NCBI GenBank assembly: GCA_951406725.2
Contig: OX597821.1
Span: forward strand, 74,958,001-75,022,000
Source: Octopus vulgaris
Lineage: Eukaryota
Direction of reading: 5' to 3'
Length of the DNA: 64,000 bases
Shown here: piece by piece, positions 39,374 through 53,605 of the stretch
How positions within the stretch are numbered: the stretch's first letter is position 1
Layout: each line of letters begins with the position of its first letter
The notes under the pieces: generated by a model
The model's database searches: none
Seen by the model: only the letters and a program-made list of their open reading frames with translations
What the model was told of the DNA's origin: nothing
Made by a program: the position numbers and the translations under genes

Positions 39374-39508
39374 TTAAGTTGTCCCAAAAGTTCGTAAACA
39401 CTTGCGAAAATTGAATTTTTACTCGCCAAGTACTAACAAAAACAACAAAAATTATTCCTCAAAATAAAGACCATTATTTTCCAAGACTTTCTACGAACCT
39501 TTAGGACA

Positions 39509-39514
<6 letters not shown>
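39374..39514. mobile_element. mariner-type MITE
   Basis: TA-TTAAGTTGTCCCAAAAGTTCGTA ... TACGAACCTTTAGGACAACCTTA-TA: ~23-bp imperfect TIRs with TA TSD. Confidence 0.75.
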
Positions 39515-39564
<50 letters not shown>

Positions 39565-41598
39565 TGTATGTATTACGTAGGTCATTGGTGCAGCTACTTG
39601 CTCCGGCTCATCCCATTTAAAACGAACCCTATTACTGTTGATGTACAATGAATGTCACCATGGAGACATTTATAAATATTCATGAGGATCTCAATAAACA
39701 GCTGAAAAGAATTTTTAAACGTTGATACTCTCTTCGCCTTATGAACCATTTTGTGAAGTTTTGCTTCATGTCGATGTTATGGGTTATCTCCGACTCATCT
39801 GTAATCGTTTCACACCAAGTCACTATAATGGTTTCTAATTTCGGAACAAGGTCCCAATTTTGGCTATGTTGATTAGGTCACCCACAGTGCTCGACTAATA
39901 CTTAGTTTAAAATGTGTGAAAGGCTAAAATGACGCCGACAGCACCATAAGACCTGGGGAAAATGCCACTAAGCAAGTTGTCCGACGCGCTAACGTTTCAG
40001 CCAGCTCGCTGCTTTAGAATACATTATTATAAAGCCCTGCATCTTTTTAAAGACATTTGTCATTCGCGATCAACTTACTTGCTGTTTCTACTTGATGAAG
40101 GCACCTGGTGGCGAAGAACTCTCATCGTCGCCGAGCGATGGTTCCTAATTACCTACGAAATTTCGTGGTTGCTTCTGTAAGATAACAATTATTTTATCAA
40201 TACATTTAACACTGAGAATAGGCCTCTGTCTTCACACCTCTGTTAGGCAGTTGAAAATGTGAGATTTCTGTTCTGTTCATATATTTATATGTAATGCTCT
40301 GATAATTCAGTATACTTTACACATGAAAGTATTAAATAGGATTTAGTTTCTCCTGATAAAAATTGCAAGCACATTCAATATAGAAAATCATGTAAGACAT
40401 ATTTACGCAGCCTTGAAGAGATTTAGGATAAGATTTAGCGACTTATCAGTTATATTTTTACGATCTATTTTTATCCCAACTGGGGAACAAAAATCTATAT
40501 TTGCCTTTATATTTTCTTCAAGTGTAAAGGAAAATATTTCTCTGAGCACAAGTTTCGATATTTATCTTAAATTTCTTCGACAAAGGTTTTTTCTTCTGAT
40601 GTGATCCTTGATCTTCTTCATGATCAAGTTATGTCATATTCAGTGTCATTAACTTGGCTATATTAATTTAGTTGCAACATTTCCAGTTTTAATCAATACT
40701 AAACTATCGTTGTCTTTTCAACGACCAAACAACCGATCCAATTTATTTTCTCTCTCTCTCCGTAGGAAATCAGATCTAAGCGCAGCAATCCCTTAATACA
40801 AATTAATATTCCGTAAGACACTTCGTAGCTGAAGTTTAATTGCCGGATCGATATTCATCCGGTGTTTAGTTCTGTAGTCAAAACTACCACACCTGTTCAG
40901 GTGTTGTTTTGATTGTCAGATGTTACTTTCAGCCAACCCAACCAAACAGCTGTCTACGCTAATAAAACAGTTGTTGAATTACAATGTTTTCCTTCAGTGA
41001 AGAGCCTCTAAGTGGTAGTTCGTATCACTAGAAATAACTGCCAAACCTCCCTCAAATCATAATTCATCTTCCTAATAAATAATCACAAACAAATAATTAT
41101 GTAATTCAGAGTACACTATATAGAGAAATAAAAGGACGTGATAGTCACGGTTAAAATATATTATCTATCATCGTTTTGCTCATTCATGCGTGGTTTGAGG
41201 CTATTGTACAACAGCGACAGCAACTTTGCGAATAGCTACTGAGTGTGATATATTTTTAATTAGATATAATTAATTTTGTACTTCTTGCTGTTATATTGCT
41301 GTTGCCTAACACTGAGTCACTACCGATCGAGCAGAACTTTGACCAATATATTTTTCGGTAGGACCATTCGGCCATTTAGCCCTACATGATCCAATGTATC
41401 ATACCGTTTGTAATCTAATAGCGTGTATTTTGACGGAAATGGATTAGGTACGGTAGGTAAATGCTGTAACGGATTACTAGGGATCCAAGGTTATAGCCAA
41501 GACGGTAGTTATGGAGCCATTGCAGATTTCCGATGCAGCGAATATATAATTGTTTAAGAAGACAACGTTAGTTATCCTCTTCAAAAATTATATATCTA

Positions 41599-41778
<180 letters not shown>

Positions 41779-42005
41779 TATATAATGTAATTTAGAGTCA
41801 GTTGAATGCGGTGCTTAAATTGAGGCATCTTGTTAGGACAAACTTATTCGCACAATCAGACAATATTTGGTGATTATCAAACCCTACATAGAACTTTTTT
41901 CCACCCGATATTCATACAGTGATGACACGATCCAACTCAGTGAATAAATCCAGTCTTCTTCGCTCATACATGTACTTTATAAAAAAATACTTTAGAAAAT
42001 TGGTA

Positions 42006-42233
42006 AATGAAAGCATTACATCATTACAAATTCAACCGTTCTCATTATATGAATGCATAGACTTCATGCATAAAGGACAAGTTAGATATTTAGACATATT
42101 CATAACATTGTAAATATTTGCTCTCTGCTGATGATATGAATATGTTTAAATATCTAACTTGTTATTTAGGTTTGAAATCTATGCGGTCATCTGATGAGAA
42201 CGGTTTTCTTTGTAATGATGTAATGTTTTCATT
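42006..42233. repeat. Imperfect inverted repeat, ~100-bp arms
   Basis: 42006-42104 is the reverse complement of 42135-42233 (e.g. CATTACATCATTACAAA / TTTGTAATGATGTAATG and ACAAGTTAGATATTTA / TAAATATCTAACTTGT). Confidence 0.85.
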
Positions 42234-42270
42234 GATTAATTAAAAGAATCCCTCGAAACGGCTGTAATGA
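42187..42270 (+). ncRNA. Type I hammerhead-like motif with long stem II (family P4)
   Basis: TCAT-CTGATGA-GA...TC-GAAA-CGGCTG-TA-ATGA. Stem I TCAT/ATGA, GUA cleavage triplet. Confidence 0.5.
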
Positions 42271-42527
42271 ATAGAAGCTTATACATCTTTGTTACTCATA
42301 TATATATATATATATATATATATAAACATACATAACACACACACGTGTGTGAGTGAGTGTGTGTGTATATAATACTTTTACGAGAAGACAGTCACCGCGA
42401 AGTTTCGACCTGCTAAATTTCTTTGCACGGTCCGAGGAAAGCTATTAGGACGAGTCTTCGAAGACGCCGTAACCCTAATTCTTAGAACATGTACTCTGCA
42501 GAAATTATTAATATTTCTGTTTAATGT

Positions 42528-42740
42528 TTGTTTCAAATCTTAGCACAAGGCCAGCAACTTCGGGGGAGAGAATAAGTTCATTACACCAACCCCATTATTC
42601 AACAGGTACCACTCCCAAATGTTGAAAGGCAAAGTCGCCCTCAGTATATTTTGATTTTGTACTCAGAAAATAAAAACGGACGAAATAGCCGTAAGCATTC
42701 TGCCAGGCGTTCTAAGGACTCTGCCACCTCTCCACCTTCT
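42528..42740 (-). mobile_element. SINE family A (tail type 2), diverged
   Basis: TTTCAAATCTTAGCACAAGGCCAGCAA..GAAAGGCAAAGTCG..TAAGCATT..CTGCCA.CTC.CCACCTT. Confidence 0.7.
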
Positions 42741-43464
42741 GCTTAATACCAAATTCTTTCACTATTCTTTTTATTACTGTATCGACAACTCGACATAGTA
42801 ACGAACATGGAGACACGCACAATATACACACACATATACATGCTTTAGAATATACGGAAAGCAGAAAAGTACCAAAGTACTTAATAGAGAATCAGTAATA
42901 AAATTATAATTAATCTGCAATGATCTCGGTTAATTACATCTGTTAATGAATGGTAATTGCAAGTGAATGAAGTAAGAGTTTTGTAAATCCTTGTCGTTCA
43001 CTCAACTGAAAACTGAATTACAGAATATACGACAAATGATAAACAGGAGCAACGGAAAGGGCCATTAAAGAATGAAAATAATGAGAAAAGAAGTGTACCT
43101 TAAGCAACAAAAGAAAAAGGAAACGGAAAAAGAACTGAATTGGATACAAATAAAAATGGAGAAGAGACAAATAATGCCCGAAAAGCGTATACACAATTTC
43201 CGTGCAAACACAAACTTACAAAGTAAAAGATACAAAAAAAAAACATTTATATGCATCCTTCTTGCACGTGATGTTTATTTGTACATGTGAGCTTGCTTGC
43301 GTGCATGGATAAGTGTATATGGGATTGTGTGTTTATTTGAATGTATATACTAGTATATACGCACAGATTTGTGTGTATGTGTGTGTATATATATGTATAT
43401 ATTAGAAGGTTTGGAGATGATGTACAGGTATTATATATTAGAAGAAATGAGGTACTCATTTATA

Positions 43465-43696
43465 CAGTAGTCCCTTGCCATATCGCGGTTTACTTATCGC
43501 AGTTCACCCATCGCGATTTATTATATAAGCTTACGTCGATTCCTCGGCGGTGTTGTTTGCCATTTAAAAAAAATAATATATACCAATTGCAAAAATAATA
43601 AAAAACATATACAGTACAGTACTGTTTCTACTTCGCAGATTTTCATCTATTGCGGGTTTTTTTAACGTAACACCTGCGATAGTCGAGGGATTATTG
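43465..43696. mobile_element. Tigger/pogo-type MITE
   Basis: TA-CAGTAGTCCCTTGCCATATCGCGG ... CCTGCGATAGTCGAGGGATTATTG-TA. TIRs begin CAGT/CAAT, TA TSD. Confidence 0.8.
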
Positions 43697-44264
43697 TATA
43701 TACATATACATATATATACATATATATGTATATATATGTATATATATATACACACACACACACACATATATAAAGGAATTGAAGTGAGACAATAGATTTT
43801 TATTCCATTTCTTTACAGCTGTTTCATGATTCATGTTAGTTATATAATTGGCATTACGTCACCATTCATACGTGTATAATATATACATATAAATTGACAT
43901 GTACACCCATATATAAATACAATGGAACAAAAATCTATTCTCTAAATTCATTTCTCATATATATGCATACAGTCCACCATTAAAATTCCTGGACATTCAT
44001 AACGTTGTTAAGATTTCATCCTAACCTTAAGCACGGTCCTACTTGTTAGTCATGCACTTAGCGGAGAGCTAAATGTAATCTTTGTTTGATTCTTTGCATC
44101 CATATTCTTGCGACATATATATGTGCGTGTGCGTATGTGTGTGTCTGCGCGCGTAAGTCGGAGTATGTATATGTGAGTTGGTGTGTGTGTATATATATAT
44201 ATGTATATATAGCTGAAATTTATAGAATAAAAAACAAAAGACGGAGAGAGGTGTTTCAAAAACA

Positions 44265-44350
44265 AGCGAGTGTATTAGTTTGACGCTTAGGAAAAATGAA
44301 ATTGTCTTTCACGTTTCGAGCCTACGGACAGGAATAAGAAAAAATAGACA
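44265..44350 (-). mobile_element. Family P2 fragment (reverse)
   Basis: Reverse complement CGTAGGCTCGAAACGTGAAAGAC..AGCGTCAAACTAATACAC matches 8432-8487. Confidence 0.6.
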
Positions 44351-44453
44351 AAGAAAGAATTTAGTAAAAAAAACGTATTCAGCGGTCCAATATACATACA
44401 TGTGTCTGTGTGAGACGGTGTGTATATATGTGTGTGTGTGTGTCAGAGAGACG

Positions 44454-44501
<48 letters not shown>

Positions 44502-45060
44502 CATATATATGCGTGTGTATGTAAATATATATATGTATGTATATCAATTATGAACAATGGACAGCTTAAACCGAGAAGATATTCAGAATCAGCTTCCAAC
44601 TTTTGATAGAAGTAATAGACACGAAGCCCAACGCACGCACTCACTCAGACACATCTATGTATGTATACATGTACATCCTTAGTGTCTCCGTGCGTCTCTC
44701 TCTATAGTCGTATAAAGTCTTGTGTCGTTTTATATGGAATTGGCTTCCAGTTAGGCTTTCTTGAATCAAACACACAACCCACGCGTAGATTCATGAAGAA
44801 GGCCACTATGGTATTATTGTGACACCCGGCACTTTATAGGAACATGTAAATTACCAATAACATCTAGCAACAGTTAACCTGTATTAAAATATGCTATAAA
44901 CGGAGAACTTTCACATTATATATATTCCAGATTTTGACACACTTCTTTGACAAATATTAGTTTATATGCAGTTGTCATGACATTTGTACTTTTATTAAGA
45001 CTTCAAGATTTTATGTGTTGCATGAGAGTATAACGTAATGCTTAAAGGATGTCACATTTT

Positions 45061-45465
45061 GAGTGGGTGTGTGGTAAGAAGCTTGCTTCCCAAACACATA
45101 GTACCGGGTTCAGGCCCACTGTGTGACACCTTCGTCAAGGGGCATTTACTAGATCCTCGGGTTGACCAAAGCCTTGTGAGTGGCTTTAGTAAACGGAAAC
45201 CGGAAGAAGCTTGTCGTATTATATGTACACACACACACACACATGTATGTATTTATGTGTCAGTGTTTGTCCCACCACCATTCACTTGACAACCGATGAC
45301 GTGTTTACGTCCCGTAACTTAGCGGTTCAGCAAAAGAGACCAATAGTATATGTACTAGGCTTACGAAGAATAAGTTTTGAGGTCGATTTGTTCGACTAAT
45401 ATGCAGTGCTCCAGCATGGCCACAATGAAATGACTGAAGCAAGTAAAACAATAAAAGTACAAAAG
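45061..45465 (+). mobile_element. SINE family B, near full length
   Basis: Head GTGTGGTAAGAAGCTTGCT, internal CA tract, tail CCAGCATGGCCAC..TGACTGAAGCAAGTAAAA. Confidence 0.85.
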
Positions 45466-46550
45466 AATATATATATATATAAAGCGACTCACTCATACAA
45501 GTATGTAGTATGTATGTATACTCTATTTTGCGCACACCATCTGCTAATCATTAACATTACGATTATTACGTAATTCCGAGCTTCCAGGAACAGGTGTCGT
45601 GTTCAAAATCTTTGCCTTCCCTATGTATTCTGTATATTTTAAGCTACAATTAAAGATATGTGTCTAAATATATGTAGATATACATAAATATATATATGTA
45701 TGTGTACATATGCTTATCTTCTGTATATATGGAGTGACATGTATCCATATGTATGTGTATCTATATGTGTATATGCATATACTCTTTTATTCTTTTACTT
45801 GTTTCAGTCATTTGACTACAGCTATGCTGAAACACCGCCTTAGCTGGAGCAACGTTTATATATGTAAAGCCTAATCGTGTTTAGCTGCCTGATTATCTCG
45901 ATACCATCATACGTATATATATATATATATGTATATGTATATATGTATGCGTTTGTATAATTATACACATACACTCACACACACATATATATATACATAC
46001 ACATACATGTATGTGTATATATGTATATATATATGTATATGTATGTGTTTACATACTCACACTTATATATATATGTGTATGTGCATGTGTACCAGGTGCG
46101 TGTGTGGAGGTGCGCGCGTGTGCTTTTTTCTGTTACACAAATAGAATCCTTGCTATTCTGTTTGAACATAAACGTTGATCGTAAGAAAATATTCAATACA
46201 AGATTAGGAGTTTAAATTCATATACATGAAACGATGTTGTTGCACTTAAGTTTTTTTTCTGTAAAATGCTCATCACGTTATGCAGGAGTTTGTCAGTCTA
46301 TATATATCATGAACGCCAGACCTATGTTCCCTGTCAGTGTGTGAATAATACGAAGAGCTATCTAGCTCTGAACTTGATCTGTCTAATGATATCGACCTTC
46401 CTAACTTGATCACTTAAATGTTAAGCTTGTACGAAACACGATATTCTCCAATATAATAACGAAAGTCGATTGGTAATATCAATGAACACCTATTGAAACA
46501 TCTGTTGTATATACATACAGGCATACATACATGCAAACACACATATATGG

Positions 46551-46581
<31 letters not shown>

Positions 46582-47673
46582 CATACATACATACATACAT
46601 ACATACATACATACATACATACATACATACATACATACATACATAAATACATACATATATATATATGTATGTATGTGTTTAGGTGTCTTCAGGAGACTAT
46701 TTATCATTTTGAGCCAAGAATGTTGTCCCTCGAAGTTTTATCATTAATACACAAATGGTAGAAGAAAGAAGTATTGTGATCTTGCTTGTATTTGTACAAA
46801 GAATACGGCTTTCTTAAAGAATATCTTTGCAGCTACGAAGCAATAAAATTAAACCGGTCAACATCGCGTAGAATATTAATGTATTGGACGTAGAAAGACC
46901 GGAACTGCAGAAAACAGATATCACTGGTCGTTGAGCGATGGGGTGAACTACAATCTAAGTTTTAGAATGAAGCCAAGACCTGCAAGAAGTAAACAAAATG
47001 ATTACAGAAGACATCTTGGTCTATCATACGAAGAAACTGAAGGACTATTCGGGTCTAAATATCTTATCTCCTTATATTTCAAGTAGAATTGGTTAAGAAA
47101 TATATTGTTCTAGGTAGCAAATTCAACCATCAAAAGTGGGCAATAGATAACAGTGCCAGCAAAATCATCGATTCAGTCCTGGAAAAATTGTTTAAATCAT
47201 GAGAAACAATCAAAATATTAACCGTTAACATAGAGATATGAACACCGCCATTATAAGTCGAGGTATTCACCGTTTACGAACATATCGAAATTGTTCAAGT
47301 TTTCAAATATATCAAAATGCAAATCCCAGCAATAATTTAAAAACTTCACTGTTTCCATCAACAATATACTAAATGAAAAACCTATTAGCACACAAGGCGA
47401 TGGGAAAATCCTATTGATTGCTGTAGTCATTGATCGATCAAATCAGGACAAAATAATCAACCGCCATAAAGCGAAAATCCCAGCTTGTGTACATTGAATG
47501 TTTTACTATATTGTTTTACAATTATCATGCGTTAACATGAGATTTAGTGAGAGTGATCGAAATGATAACACACACCCAAACGAAGATCATATTCTTCGGA
47601 AAACTAAAGAAGAAAAAGAAAAAGAATATACAGCGAAGAAACATCGATAATATTAAATGGAAAGTGGAAAGTT

Positions 47674-48293
47674 AAGGTGGCGAACTGGCAGAATCGTTAG
47701 CACGCCGGGCGAAATGCTTAGCGGTATTTCGTCTGCCGCTACGTTCTGAGTTCAAATTTCGCCAAGGTCGACTTTGCCTTTCATACTTTCGGGGTCGATA
47801 AATTATGTACCAGTTATGCACTGGGGTTGATGTAATCGACTTAATACCTATGTTTGTCCTCTCTATGTTTAGTCCCTTGTGGGTAGTAAAGAAATAGGTA
47901 TTTCGTCTTTCTTAACGTTCTGAGTTCAAATTCCGCCGAGGTCGACTTTGCCCTTCATCCTATCAGGGACGATAAATTAAGTACCGGTCACGCACTGGGG
48001 TCGATGTAATCGACTTTATCCCTTTATCTGTCCTTGTTTGTTCCCGCTATGTTTAGCCCCTTGTGGGCAATAAAGAAATAAGAAACGTTACCACGCCACG
48101 TGAAATGCTTTGCGATATTTCGTCTGTCTTTACGTTCCGAGTTAAAATTCCGCCGAGGTCGATTTTACCTTTCATACTTTCGGAAGAGGGGAGGATGAGT
48201 CAATAAATTAAGTACCAGTTGTGTACTTGGGTCGATCTAATCGACTGGACCACCTCCCCAAAATTTTCGGGCTGCGTGCCTGGAGTAGAAAAT
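47674..48293 (+). mobile_element. SINE family A trimer (tail1 + tail1 + tail2)
   Basis: Three central domains. Unit 2 starts at GGTATTTCGTC (47897). Imperfect direct repeat AATATTAA(A/G)TGGAA(A/C)GTG at 47649-47666 and 48294-48311. Confidence 0.85.
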
Positions 48294-50393
48294 AATATTA
48301 AGTGGAACGTGAATAATGGATTCACGACTCTCAAGCTACGGCTTTATCATAGACCCTCAAAAATATGAGTCAACGATTAGGGTACCTGTTGCACCGACTG
48401 CTTTTAAACAAAAATTACGGGTAGCAGGCCAAAATCTTATTTTGGGAAATCGTAGGGCTATCAACTATTAGTTAGAATCTCCAAACTGAATATAGCGGCA
48501 TGAAAGACTATATCAAGATTCTAACACATTCATCCCAAGATGATTCGGAGCCCCGTTGGGGAGAGGAGGGATCCAGAATGAAAGAAGCAGCGCAACTGCA
48601 ATGCAGGGTGGATAAATAAGACATACAGTGAATAATATATAAACACCCTTTTACAATATATGACGTCACCGGTAAAACTCCTAACGGCTGTTGCAGAAAT
48701 ACAGAACACAAATTTGCCTCAGAGAACTCTGATGGAGTCGGTTACTGGAAGAGGAAATTTTTGTACAGAAACATTCCCATCAGCCCTTTAGGAAGTGAAT
48801 ACTGAGTTCATTAATTTAGACAGGTCAGCAGTTTAACAGAAAACATCATGTCTAGGAACCTTGAAATATCTACGACAAAATTCTACAGGCTCATAACATT
48901 GTATGTACAAAGTGTATAAAGGATGTATGAAAATATTTCTCTAAAATCACTGCTGTAGATGTAGTGATTAGTGAGTTGACAAGAGTAGAGACAGTGGTAT
49001 GAAGTTATGACCCACCGATGCTCACCGACAAATCTGTCTTTAAGTCCAGCAGCATCGCGAACTTTGCCGACAGTATAACTAAACACATAAGAAAACGTTT
49101 CATTCTGTCTTTCACTCAATGAAACCAGGGTCTAGTCACTCTGCCTTTCCAAGATCCCATTTACCATATCTTAAGCCATTAAAAGAAATTCTCCATCGTT
49201 TATCACTAACATTGTCCATCATCTATTATTAAATCGTGTAAGAACTACCATAGCCATAGCTATACTTTATCAACATGAATGTTCCACGTGGCAATTTATT
49301 TGTAATACTGCTGTTCTTTTTGGCAATGAAATATTTATCAGAAACTTTGAGAAAATGCTTAGACTTCTTGATAGAACCTAAATCCAAGAAAAACTATGAA
49401 TGTCATCCACACCTTTTATTTCGAAGAATCGAAGCTTTGTTCCTCTAATAAACACGATATCAAGAGGCAGAGCAACTCACAACACTCCCACAGGAGATAA
49501 GAGACTTTGGTCATAATATGTGTTCACATTTCGAGGTGGTTCGAAAGGAATTGCAAACTAGACAAAGGCTATGATATCAGGAGCTGTTCTATCTCACCCG
49601 CATATAATGATAATACTACGAATATGTTGGAATCTACAAAAATGTTGCTAGAGTGAGAGAAGAATACTTCATAAGTTTTTGAATTTATGCAAGTTAGAGC
49701 TGTCTTCACTCAATAAGCCCACATCCCATCCAGTACAAGAGCCAACATTTAAGATAACAGACAGATGTAGAGGAAAGTTTTAACCATCATTGATTTTTTT
49801 TTGGCACATCGATAGAGTCAGTGACCGGATCTATGTTAGACGGAAGGATGTAAGCAAAGTTCAGACGAAATGACCTTTGATTGTCAATGAAACAATAAAG
49901 TGTCTCATATGTGTGCACACAATTGCAAATAGCTTCACTCTGAATGGGCGAAGAATTCGTGAATACATACTTAAGGAAAAGGGATCGTTGATCTACGGAA
50001 AACTATGAATGGTATAGCGATGCTAATCACAAGCAAACGCACAAATAACAACTGAGCTTGTCGGAGAGGAGTGAAAAATAAATCATAAACAATGTTTTTT
50101 TCTGATGGGGAGGGATAGTATAAAATAAGGCTTGAGTACAAGTTGATCATCCAGAAACAAGAGCTAAAAGATGGTAGGTAAAACGCCACGAGAAGAGTGT
50201 GATAGAAAACTTTGTAAAAAAAAAAAGAAATAAAAAGAAACATTAATCGATATCAATCATTATTTTACAGAGGTGTGAGATGACAACCAATATATGTCAC
50301 AGGTTTCCTTCTGTGGAAGACAGAATTTTATCTTGGAAAAAAGGCTGATATTCGAAAGAAAATTTTTATTAGGAAACAATTAGAAGAAACATA

Positions 50394-50750
50394 GGCGCAG
50401 GAACCAGAAACATTATTCCGGGTTCAGTACCACTGCGTGGCACCTTGGGCAAGTGTCTTCTACTAAACCCTCAGGCAGACCAAAGTGGATTTGGTAGACG
50501 GAAACTGAAAGAAACATATATATATATATATATATATATATGGGGGATTCGTGTATTTGTCTCCCCACCACCGCTTGACAACCGATGTTGGTGTGTTCAC
50601 GTCCCCGTAACTTAGCGCTTCGGCAAAAAGAGACCGATAGAATAAGTACTGGGATTACAAAGAATAACTCTTGGGGTCGATTTGTTCGACGACAAGCAGT
50701 GCTTCAGCATGGCCGCAGTCAATATAACTGAAACAAATAAAAGAATAAAA
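50394..50750 (+). mobile_element. SINE family B with internal (TA)n
   Basis: GGCGCAGG start, CACCTTGGGCAAGTGTCTTCTACT, GTAGACGGAAACTGAAAGAA, B tail. Confidence 0.85.
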
Positions 50751-51922
50751 GTTAATGTGAAACGACAAAATAAAAGTATGCGAGACTTTTCTTAATTTCA
50801 GCAAGTAAAACATTGTATTTTCTTTGGAATTATTAGCAACGAAAGTTTGTTTTATATTTAGTAACAATCTCTTACACTAACAAGAACAGAAATAACTAAC
50901 AAGAAGCACATACATACATATGTATATTCCAGCATACATGCATGTATAAGTGCGGGCACACCATAGATGCATAAATATGTACATATATTTATAGACAAAC
51001 TTGAGCAAATTGGCATCAAACTGCCACTGTATATAACTATAAATACATGCGTATGTGTATACACACACTTGTATGTATGTGTGCATGCATATGTTTGGTG
51101 TGTGTGGGTGTGTGTGTGTGTGTGTGTGTGTTTGAGTGCGCGAAATTTTGGCATCGCGTAATTTATAGTTATTTTATAAGTTAAGCGTTGAGCTCTTTCC
51201 GTGTTATACTTCCCTTAGACAAGAGACAATATACTCCGTTATATTCCAGTGAGTCTTACAAGTATATAGATACTTTGCCCAAGGAAAACTATTCCTTATA
51301 GTGAGCAGCTTTCCATACCTCTAAAAATGATAATTATCCGACGGGATATCATTTCACTCGCTTTGGTGGCTTTCTCAGTCCCGGTCGGTTTTATATCCAA
51401 AGTGACGTTCCAACTAAATATATGTTCGCCGGACACGTCGAATATTACCTTCTCGATAACCAATGATAAATTGAATGATCATAGAATGATTCTTTTTTTT
51501 TTTTTCGTTTGGAACAGACTGAGAGATAGTGGTACTCTCGTTTTAGTTATTGCGGTTTCTCAGGAAGGAAAGTACTTTCCACTTAATTTCTTCACTTTAC
51601 ATATGTTTCGTAACCTGAAGAATGGAATGATTATATAGAATTATGTATACTTATTTGATGGACATTTTCAGAGGAGTGTAATTAGACTCCGTTGGTTATT
51701 TTTGAGTACTATTGCATAAAAGAACAGAGTGATTTCACCTCATGCACACACACTCACACACATACACATACACACAGGAACACACATACTTACCATATTA
51801 ACGCGTATGTATACATATAGATGCATATACGACAATATTAGTGTATATACTTAAATATATATGTATATAGTATCCATGTGAGTGCTTGTGTGTATATACA
51901 TATACACACATACATATATATG

Positions 51923-51963
<41 letters not shown>

Positions 51964-52731
51964 GATGGAAAGAGAGAGAGTTAAGAACAGGAAAATGAGG
52001 AGTGAGAGTGAGAACAGGGAAGACGAAAAGAATGTTAGGAAGAGAAAGTGTTGTGCTGTAATTTTTTTTTTAGGAGAATGAAGAAAAAGTTAAGCGTATT
52101 AGCAGTTAGAACAAGAGCTGGGTATTTCACATTATCATTGGAGGGGAGAAGGAAAGAGTTATCTAAATGATGAGGATAATGGAGGAAAAAAAAAAGTTGT
52201 TGCAATGGTGAGAATAAAACAAAAACAGAAGACAAAAACAAAAAATTACAATGAAAGGAAGAGAAAAAGTGCATGATAACTGAGGCAATGATGTGCGGAC
52301 ATAGGCGTGTCGTTTGATGTTGGATCTGGAATAAAAGGGTACAGGGCCGCAGGATGAGAAGATAACTACTATAAAATAGGACGTGATCGGGAGAGATGAG
52401 AGAAGCGAAAATGTTGTTTGTGCTTGCCAACGGGTCAAAGGAAAATGCTGGTAGCTGGTATTAAATGTCATTTGGCAACGAGAGGTGGGAATCAGTAATA
52501 TGGAGGAAGTTGTAGTTGTTTACATCAGTGAGGAGGTGTTGAAGGGCGGAGCAATGTTTGGTGGCTAATATTACAAAACGAACTAAAGGAAGAAAAAAAA
52601 CCCTACAAAATAACGATGTTATAAAAACCAAGTGACAATTTCAAATCTGGCTGATATACACATCAAAATTACAGTCTTATATACACACATATATATATAA
52701 TAGATAGGTAGATAGATACATGCATACATAC

Positions 52732-52785
<54 letters not shown>

Positions 52786-52808
52786 ATTTACATACACACA
52801 CATTTACG

Positions 52809-52859
<51 letters not shown>

Positions 52860-52862
<3 letters not shown>

Positions 52863-53145
52863 GGTTGTTATGCTGTTAGACTCATGATCCAAAGGTGAAG
52901 TAAGGTTTCGAATCCCAGACTTGGTGTCGCGGTGCATTTTTGAGCAAAAACACTTCTTTTCATATTGCCACAGTCCACTCAGCTGAAAATAGGCATCACC
53001 AGTCACCGGATTAACAAGTGGACGTTAGTCCTGCAATATACTGGCGTTCCGTTCGGTTGTGAAGTATTTTACTCTCAGATACCTATGTACCATGTCAACC
53101 GAATAATTTCCGACCTGATGAACTCCTGGATGCGTTAGAGACTCA
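52860..53145 (+). mobile_element. Old tRNA-derived SINE with V-domain-like segment
   Basis: GGTTTCGAATCCC B box, TTGAGCAAAAACACTT, CAGTCCACTCAGCTG, CCTGCAATATACTGGCGTTCCGT. Confidence 0.5.
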
Positions 53146-53194
53146 AATCCTAAGTAGGGGTTCATATTTTGAAGTTCTCGGTCTGGATACACAA

Positions 53195-53257
53195 TATTAT
53201 ATTATCTTATATTATATTATCTTATCTTATATTATATTATATTATATTATATTATAT

Positions 53258-53355
<98 letters not shown>

Positions 53356-53376
53356 TATATATATATATATATATAT

Positions 53377-53453
<77 letters not shown>

Positions 53454-53514
53454 TATATATATATATATGTACATATATATGTACTATATATATATATATA
53501 TATATATATTATAT

Positions 53515-53600
<86 letters not shown>
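53195..53600. repeat. Compound (TATAT)n/(TA)n microsatellite
   Basis: Direct observation. Confidence 0.95.

Positions 53601-53605
<5 letters not shown>

Noticed and set aside
46790-47100. Possible CR1 C-terminal motif (TKMI..LSYEE)
   Set aside because: Too degenerate to support beyond a hint.
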